From Phycisphaerales bacterium (GTDB lineage Bacteria; Planctomycetota; UBA1135; UBA2386), in contig JADCJE010000066.1 of the NCBI GenBank assembly GCA_020247305.1, positions 66,466 through 130,465 of the forward strand: DNA of 64,000 nt, in the 5' to 3' direction. Below, one piece after another: positions 59,064 to 64,000 of the stretch. The notes under the pieces were generated by a model, which was given only the letters and a program-made list of their open reading frames with translations, did no database searches and was not told the DNA's origin. The translations under genes were made by a program, and so were the position numbers. Positions within the stretch are counted from its first letter, which is position 1, and each line of letters starts with the position of its first letter.

Positions 59064-59624
59064 TCAGCCGTACGCCGCGCCGAGCAACGCCGCGAGCGCG
59101 AGTGCGCCGAGGCCGACCAAGCATTCGGTCGCCAGCGCCCGCGCCCGTGCGGGCGCGCTCGCGGCGAGGATGCCGTGGACGTACGCACCGGTGACCACGG
59201 CGAGCAGCGAGCCGCTGGAGTCGTCCAGGTTGGCGAGCCGGTCCGGGTCGACGCGCACGAGGCCGACGCAGAGGAGGCGTCCCAGGCCAGCGAGCAGGCC
59301 CTGGGCGGGCAGGGTCAGCGCGTACGAAGCGAACCGCTGCCACGGCTAGGAGTCTGCGTCACGGGACGCGCGCCGATCCGGTGCGAGGATTGCCGTCCGG
59401 GGCGAAGCCGACGACCGCAGGCGAATCGGTGGATTCGCCGAGCAGCGAATCCGCCAACGCTGGGCGGCGAGTCCTCGGGCGCGAAGACGCGTGGCGGTCG
59501 GCGTAGCCTTCCGTGACGCAGGCTCCGAGGGGTGGACCCCGTCGCTCGCCGGCAGCCGCGCACGCGCGAAGGCCAGCGCACCGCCGGCGACGAGGACGGC
59601 GGTGGCGAGGGTCAGCTGCTCCAT
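59064..59624 (-). pseudogene. possible disrupted membrane-protein gene (single frame interrupted by an in-frame TAG at 59346-59348)
   Basis: Track ORFs 59346..59624 and 59064..59258 are in the same frame. The N-terminal helix MEQLTLATAVLVAGGALAFA and the C-terminal ~94 hydrophobic codons have very high GC3. The middle part has poor GC3. The only canonical start for the distal part is GTG at 59258. Confidence 0.3.
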
Positions 59625-59649
59625 CGCGTCGTGATGTCTTCGCGACGAG

Positions 59650-62421
59650 TCACGCGTCCGGCAATCGGAACGCGGCGTCGGTGGGACGGCAGACGCGCTT
59701 CAGGTGCAGCGGACGCCGCAGGCCGTCCGTCCCGTGCTGGCCGGCCGGGCGCGTCTTCGCCAGCCACTCCTCGAACACGGCCATCGACTTCGCCGTGTCG
59801 ACGTAGACGTCGCCGTAGCGGTCGCCAGGCTCGGCCCTGGTGACGGTGACCTTCTGGTGCCAGCAGTGCATGCCCGAGATCGGGTCGGGCTGCACGGGGA
59901 AGGTCATGTTCTGGTGTACGCCGCCCGACGACCACCAGACCTTCTGGCTCTCCTTGTCGGCGCTGGCGAACTTGCCGGTCGGCTTGGTGCGGCGCATCAG
60001 CCACGCCGTGTCGGTGACCTTGCGCAGATCGACGTCGTGCAACTGCCAGTGGTTGCCCGAGACCTGGTCGCCGGACACGGTCCAGCGCCCCATGTGGTGG
60101 CTGCAGGCGATCACGCCCGGGCGCACGCCCTCGGTGACCCACGCGGCGTTGACGTAGTGACCGGTGCGCGTCGCGACGCGCAGCAGGTCGCCCATTTGCA
60201 CGCCCAGGCGCGCGGCGTCGGTGGGGTGGATCCAAACCGGGTTGGTGTTGGACAGCTCCGTCAGCCACTTGCTGTTGGCGCTGCGCGTGTGGATCAGCGT
60301 CGGCAGGCGGAAGGTCGCTACCAGCACCATCTCGCCGGCCGCGCGGTCGAGCTTGCCCTCGTCGACGTGGCTCGGGATGTACGTCGGCGCGGCGTGCTCA
60401 GGCCAGCCCCAGTCGACCATCGTCGGCGACCACAGTTCGAGCTTCTTGCTCGGCGTCGGGAAGCCGACGCGCGCCTTGCCGCCGGCCCAGACGCCGGCGA
60501 GCTGACCGTCCTTGCGCACGACGCCGGCGGCTTCGTCGACGACGAAGTCGCCCTTCAGTTCGGCCTCGTGCGTCTTGTAGACCTGGTCCTGGACGAGGAA
60601 GCAGCCGTGCCGCTGCATGTACTCGAGCGGGCTCAGGCCTTCCTTCGCCGCCGCCGCCGGCAGGCCCGGCACCGAGTTCTCGAAGATCCAGCGGTAGTAC
60701 TCGGTGATCGTGACGCGCTCGCCGGGGCGGTACGGCGACTCGAAGTGCTGCCGGATGCCGAGCGAGCCGTCCGGGTCGACGACCCAGCTGAGCGCGATCC
60801 AGAACTCGTCCTCCTCCCAGACCTGGCCCGGGTTGACCTCGTACGTCCACGTCACCTGCTTGCCCTGGCGCTCGGCGAGCACGCGGTGCACCGGCTGGCG
60901 GAAGCCGATCCACGTCGCCGCGTGCGTCTCCTGCGACATCAGGTCGTGGCGCTCGGTGGCGTGCCCCATCGGCAGCACGTAGTCGGCCCAGCGCGCGGTC
61001 TCGTTCCACGTCGGCGACAGCACGGCATGGCAACCGACCGACTGCTCGTCGGACAGCATCTCGATCCACATCGCGCCGTCCGGATTGGTCCATACCGGGT
61101 TGTAGACGCGGGTGAAGTACGTGTCGATGTGGCCGCGGCCGCTCTTGACGAGGTGCGGCAGCAGGTAGCTGAGTTCGTGGTGGGCGAGCGGCCACTCGCG
61201 CGGGTACAGCAGTTCGCTCCAGACGTCCTGTGGCCGCGGCTTGCTGAACGGCGCCGGCACGAACTTGTTGGTGCCGGAGCCGGCCGTGCCGCCGACCGAA
61301 CCGACGGCGCCGACCAGCACGGAGACGAACTGCAGGTTGCGCGCCGTCGCCCAGCCGCCTTCGTTGCCGGCGGCGGTGTTGCGCCAGACGTGGCTGGCGA
61401 AGGCGCTGCCGGCCTTGCCGATCTCGCGGCCGACCTGCTCGACGACCTTCGCGTCGAGGCCGCAGACCTCGGCGACGTGTGCCGGTGTGGCGAAGGCGTA
61501 GTCGGCGGCGAGGTCGCGCTGGAAGGCGGCGAAGTCCTCGTCCCGGCCCTTGGCCCGTTGGTAGGCGCGCCACTCGACCCACTCGCGCACGAACGTCCAG
61601 TCAGCGAGGCCGTCGCGCAGGATGACGTGCACGAAGCCGAGCAGCATCATCGGTTCGGTGCCGGGGCGCGGCGCCAGCCAGTAGTCGCCCATGCTCGCCG
61701 TGTTCGACAGGCGGATGTCGCAGACGGCGAGCTTCCCGCCGCGCATCTTCGACTCGATGATGCGCTGCGCGTGCGGGTTGAAGTAGTGGCCCGTCTCCAG
61801 GTGGCTGCTGATCAGCAGCGTGAACTTGGCGTTTTCGTAGTCGGGCGACGGCCGGTCGTAGCCGCTCCAGAGCGTGTAACCCAGGCGCGCGGCGGCGCTG
61901 CAGACGTTGGTGTGGCTGTTGTGGCCGTCTACGCCCCATGCCTGCAGCACGCGCTCGACGTAGCCGTCGTGGCCCGGGCGGCCGACGTGGTACATGACCT
62001 CCGTCTTGCGGCCCTCGACGATCGCCTTGCGGATGCGGCCGCCGAGCGTCTGCAGGACCTCGTCCCACGACACGCGCTCGAAGCGGCCGCTGCCGCGCGG
62101 GCCGACCCGCTTCATCGGGTAGAGGATGCGCTCGGGGTCGTGGACCTGGTTGATCGTCGCCGGGCCCTTGGCGCAGTTGCGGCCGCGCGATCCCGGGTGG
62201 TAGGGGTTGCCCTCGACCTTGCGGATGCTGCCGTCCTGCTTGTCGACGTAGGCCACCAGGCCGCAGGCCGCTTCGCAGTTGAAGCAGATCGTCGGCACCA
62301 GCGCGTACTTGCGCGGCACGCGGCGGGGCCAGGCCTTGGCGTCCAGTTCCTCCCAGTCGTCCCACTGCGCCGGCGGCGGGAAGTTCTCGAGCGGGGTGGT
62401 GCGCAGCGTGGCGTGGTCCAT
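59650..62421 (-). CDS. molybdopterin (bis-MGD) oxidoreductase catalytic subunit, no Tat leader
   Basis: 923 aa. N-terminal FeS motif CFNCEAACG...NCAKG, putative Mo-ligand context NSHTNVCSAA, and MopB plus a C-terminal beta-barrel-like region. The N terminus MDHATLRTTPLENF lacks a twin-arginine motif, and no upstream in-frame start is available. Confidence 0.88.
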   Translation of the reverse strand: MDHATLRTTPLENFPPPAQWDDWEELDAKAWPRRVPRKYALVPTICFNCEAACGLVAYVDKQDGSIRKVEGNPYHPGSRGRNCAKGPATINQVHDPERILYPMKRVGPRGSGRFERVSWDEVLQTLGGRIRKAIVEGRKTEVMYHVGRPGHDGYVERVLQAWGVDGHNSHTNVCSAAARLGYTLWSGYDRPSPDYENAKFTLLISSHLETGHYFNPHAQRIIESKMRGGKLAVCDIRLSNTASMGDYWLAPRPGTEPMMLLGFVHVILRDGLADWTFVREWVEWRAYQRAKGRDEDFAAFQRDLAADYAFATPAHVAEVCGLDAKVVEQVGREIGKAGSAFASHVWRNTAAGNEGGWATARNLQFVSVLVGAVGSVGGTAGSGTNKFVPAPFSKPRPQDVWSELLYPREWPLAHHELSYLLPHLVKSGRGHIDTYFTRVYNPVWTNPDGAMWIEMLSDEQSVGCHAVLSPTWNETARWADYVLPMGHATERHDLMSQETHAATWIGFRQPVHRVLAERQGKQVTWTYEVNPGQVWEEDEFWIALSWVVDPDGSLGIRQHFESPYRPGERVTITEYYRWIFENSVPGLPAAAAKEGLSPLEYMQRHGCFLVQDQVYKTHEAELKGDFVVDEAAGVVRKDGQLAGVWAGGKARVGFPTPSKKLELWSPTMVDWGWPEHAAPTYIPSHVDEGKLDRAAGEMVLVATFRLPTLIHTRSANSKWLTELSNTNPVWIHPTDAARLGVQMGDLLRVATRTGHYVNAAWVTEGVRPGVIACSHHMGRWTVSGDQVSGNHWQLHDVDLRKVTDTAWLMRRTKPTGKFASADKESQKVWWSSGGVHQNMTFPVQPDPISGMHCWHQKVTVTRAEPGDRYGDVYVDTAKSMAVFEEWLAKTRPAGQHGTDGLRRPLHLKRVCRPTDAAFRLPDA

Positions 62422-62475
62422 GAAGCGGACCAGATTAGGTGGGGCGGACAGCCGGGTCCACGCCGCCTGCGCGGG

Positions 62476-62718
62476 TCAGGACGGACGATCGGTCCCGCCG
62501 CCGCCGGGCAGCGCCAGTTCGCGCCGGGCGAGGTCGACGACGCGTGCGAGCGTGTTGACGCACGGATCGCAGCTGCTGTTGCAGCACCAGCGCCACGTGG
62601 CGTCGTCGGCGTCGACGTGGCGCGCGACGAAGGCGTAGTAGCTCTCGTCGACCCCCGATTCGCGCAGCCAGCCGCGGATGCGCGTTTGGTGCTCGGGTCG
62701 CAGGGCGGCGGGGTCCAT
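62476..62718 (-). CDS. Oxidored-like (CCxSxCxxCV) domain mini-protein
   Basis: 80 aa. WRWCCNSSCDPCV matches the CC-x-S-G-C-x-x-C-V core of the oxidoreductase-like N-terminal domain family. Lies between the FeS-NrfD and MopB genes. Confidence 0.65.
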   Translation of the reverse strand: MDPAALRPEHQTRIRGWLRESGVDESYYAFVARHVDADDATWRWCCNSSCDPCVNTLARVVDLARRELALPGGGGTDRPS

Positions 62719-62762
62719 GGCCGGCAGTTAGGCCGCGGCGACAGCTCGCGGAAGGGCGAGGC

Positions 62763-64000
62763 TCACGACAGCGGCGGCAACTGGCCGGCGCGCACGTAGG
62801 CCTGCTCGTAGAGGAACAGGCCCGCCCAGCCGACGACGGCGCACAGCGCCAGGGCGGCCGGATGGCCGACGCCGCTCGTGACCAGCACCATCGTCAGCAG
62901 GCCGGCGAGCGAGGTCGTGGCCATGCCGAGGTGGAACGCCGACCGCTTCGTGCCCGGCCACGCCGGAATGGTCGGCAGCAGCGCCGCGGCCATCTTGGCG
63001 TTGTGGGTCGTGTGGCGGCCGTGCCGCTCCAGCAACCCGAAGCCGTGGTGGAGCAGGGCAAGCGCCGCGACGGCGACCGCGAGCTTCGCGTCGGGCGCGA
63101 ACGGCAGGAGCAACGCGCCGCCCAGGTACAGCGCCTGCACGAGCAGGTGCGGCAACAGCGTGCGCGTGTGCTGCCACAGGTCGCGGCCTTCGCACTGCGC
63201 GAACAGGAAGGCGGTGTAGGCCGCGGCCAGTGAGGCGGCGACGAGGTTGGTCCAGCGCAGGCCGTCGGCGATGCCGGTGAGCCCCAGCAGGCGCGCGCCG
63301 ACGATCGCCGTCGTCAACCCGCCGAACGCCATCAGCACCCACGCGCCCTTGACCAGCCAGCTGCGCGTGTTGGGACGCAGCAGGATCGACAGGAACAGCT
63401 TGGGGCGCTTCAGGTCGGCGACCAGCAGCACGTTGGTGACGGCGAGGAACAGCAGCGCGAAGGCCTCGGGCAACCAATCGCGTCCGAGGTCGGTCGCCGC
63501 CGGCATCCATGCGACGAACGGCGCCCACAGCGCAGCGCCTGCCGACAGGCCCTTGGTGACGAGGTAGGCCGAGACCTTCCAGCCCCAGTGCACCTTGTGG
63601 TCGACGTCGAGCGCGACGCGCGCGTCCGGCCGCTGCAGCGCCGCGGCGTCCGCCGCCGGCAGGTCGGGCTTCGGCAGCCGGCGGTCGCTCCAGAGGTACA
63701 TGTCCTCCTCGCGCGCCGTGCCGGGCTCCAGGTTGGCGGCGTGCGCGCCGAGGTAGAACACGTTTGGCCGGGTGCCCTGTTCGGGCCGCCGGACCATCGG
63801 CTTCTCGCCGGCGGCGGCGAGCGCGAGACTCAGCGGGCTCTGCGGGTCGTGCACGTCGCCGCTGATGATCGCGTTCTCGGGGCAGACGACCTCGCACGCA
63901 GGTTTGAGACCCTGCTCGACGCGGTGGGCGCAGAAGTGGCACTTCTCCGCGCCGCCGGACTCCTCGTTGAGGTAGAGGGCGTCGTAGGGGCAGGCCTGCA
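62763..64000 (-). CDS. fusion of a 4Fe-4S dicluster (PsrB/DmsB-like) domain and an NrfD/PsrC-type membrane domain (5' end beyond the window)
   Basis: The frame is open from the window edge. It reads ...CPYDALYLNEESGGAEKCHFCAHRVEQGLKPACEVVCPENAIISGDVHDPQS...GTRPNVFYLG. It continues without a stop into about 8 hydrophobic helices (WKVSAYLVTKGLSAGAAL...). The track lists only 62763..63854 because of where the first start codon falls. Confidence 0.8.
   Translation of the reverse strand, partial: QACPYDALYLNEESGGAEKCHFCAHRVEQGLKPACEVVCPENAIISGDVHDPQSPLSLALAAAGEKPMVRRPEQGTRPNVFYLGAHAANLEPGTAREEDMYLWSDRRLPKPDLPAADAAALQRPDARVALDVDHKVHWGWKVSAYLVTKGLSAGAALWAPFVAWMPAATDLGRDWLPEAFALLFLAVTNVLLVADLKRPKLFLSILLRPNTRSWLVKGAWVLMAFGGLTTAIVGARLLGLTGIADGLRWTNLVAASLAAAYTAFLFAQCEGRDLWQHTRTLLPHLLVQALYLGGALLLPFAPDAKLAVAVAALALLHHGFGLLERHGRHTTHNAKMAAALLPTIPAWPGTKRSAFHLGMATTSLAGLLTMVLVTSGVGHPAALALCAVVGWAGLFLYEQAYVRAGQLPPLS

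Noticed and set aside
59064-59624. Assigning the interrupted membrane frame to the AzlD (branched-chain amino acid export) family.
   Set aside because: The resemblance is limited to general hydrophobic pattern. The combined length (~186 codons) is far above AzlD size, and no azlC-like gene is adjacent. The family call is dropped; only the in-frame TAG observation is kept.

Overview
The window is very GC-rich (roughly 70% by eye), bacterial, chromosomal and densely coding, and most of it is housekeeping.

Gene content, left to right:
- 3' part of a BatA-D-type (vWA/TPR) operon.
- A small stretch ending at tRNA-Leu(UAA) that holds an N-terminally truncated Mrr nuclease, then tRNA-Cys(GCA).
- NIL-ggt-rpe-accD-truD.
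- A compact recC-recB-recD operon.
- A divergent metal-homeostasis locus. One arm carries a His/Cys-rich ECF sigma plus a ZIP/permease fusion. The other carries an outer-membrane barrel plus a ZnuABC-like importer.
- eda.
- An ECF sigma translationally coupled to a 1199-aa Ser/Thr kinase with a PEGA/FG-GAP ectodomain.
- Xer recombinase, DMT transporter, htpX and a class V aminotransferase/HAD phosphatase pair.
- An EPS-type priming sugar transferase preceded in frame by a YraN nuclease module, then yajC, mnmA and HU.
- A HEAT lipoprotein / pseudopilin-like / secreted-protein trio.
- A complete canonical F1Fo operon (atpZ-I-B-E-F-H-A-G-D-C).
- A three-module FKBP, a degenerate RlmN-like radical-SAM gene, a MacB-type ABC pair and aspS.
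- At the right edge, a molybdopterin oxidoreductase module that appears to lack a Tat leader.

I saw no rRNA, CRISPR array, transposase or prophage.

I cannot point to an unambiguous new multi-gene (for example defence) system. The best candidates for under-described biology are:
- the Mo-enzyme module with a fused FeS-NrfD subunit and an Oxidored-like mini-protein;
- the metal locus (ZIP+permease fusion, His/Cys-linker ECF sigma);
- the YraN-glycosyltransferase open frame;
- the degenerate RlmN;
- a palindromic element that embeds the stop codon of two unrelated genes.

All functional calls come from motif and architecture recognition on the supplied translations; no database search was possible. 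Many long Arg/Ala/Pro-rich ORFs in the track are antisense or out-of-frame artefacts of the GC content. Start codons are the least certain part of the coordinates.
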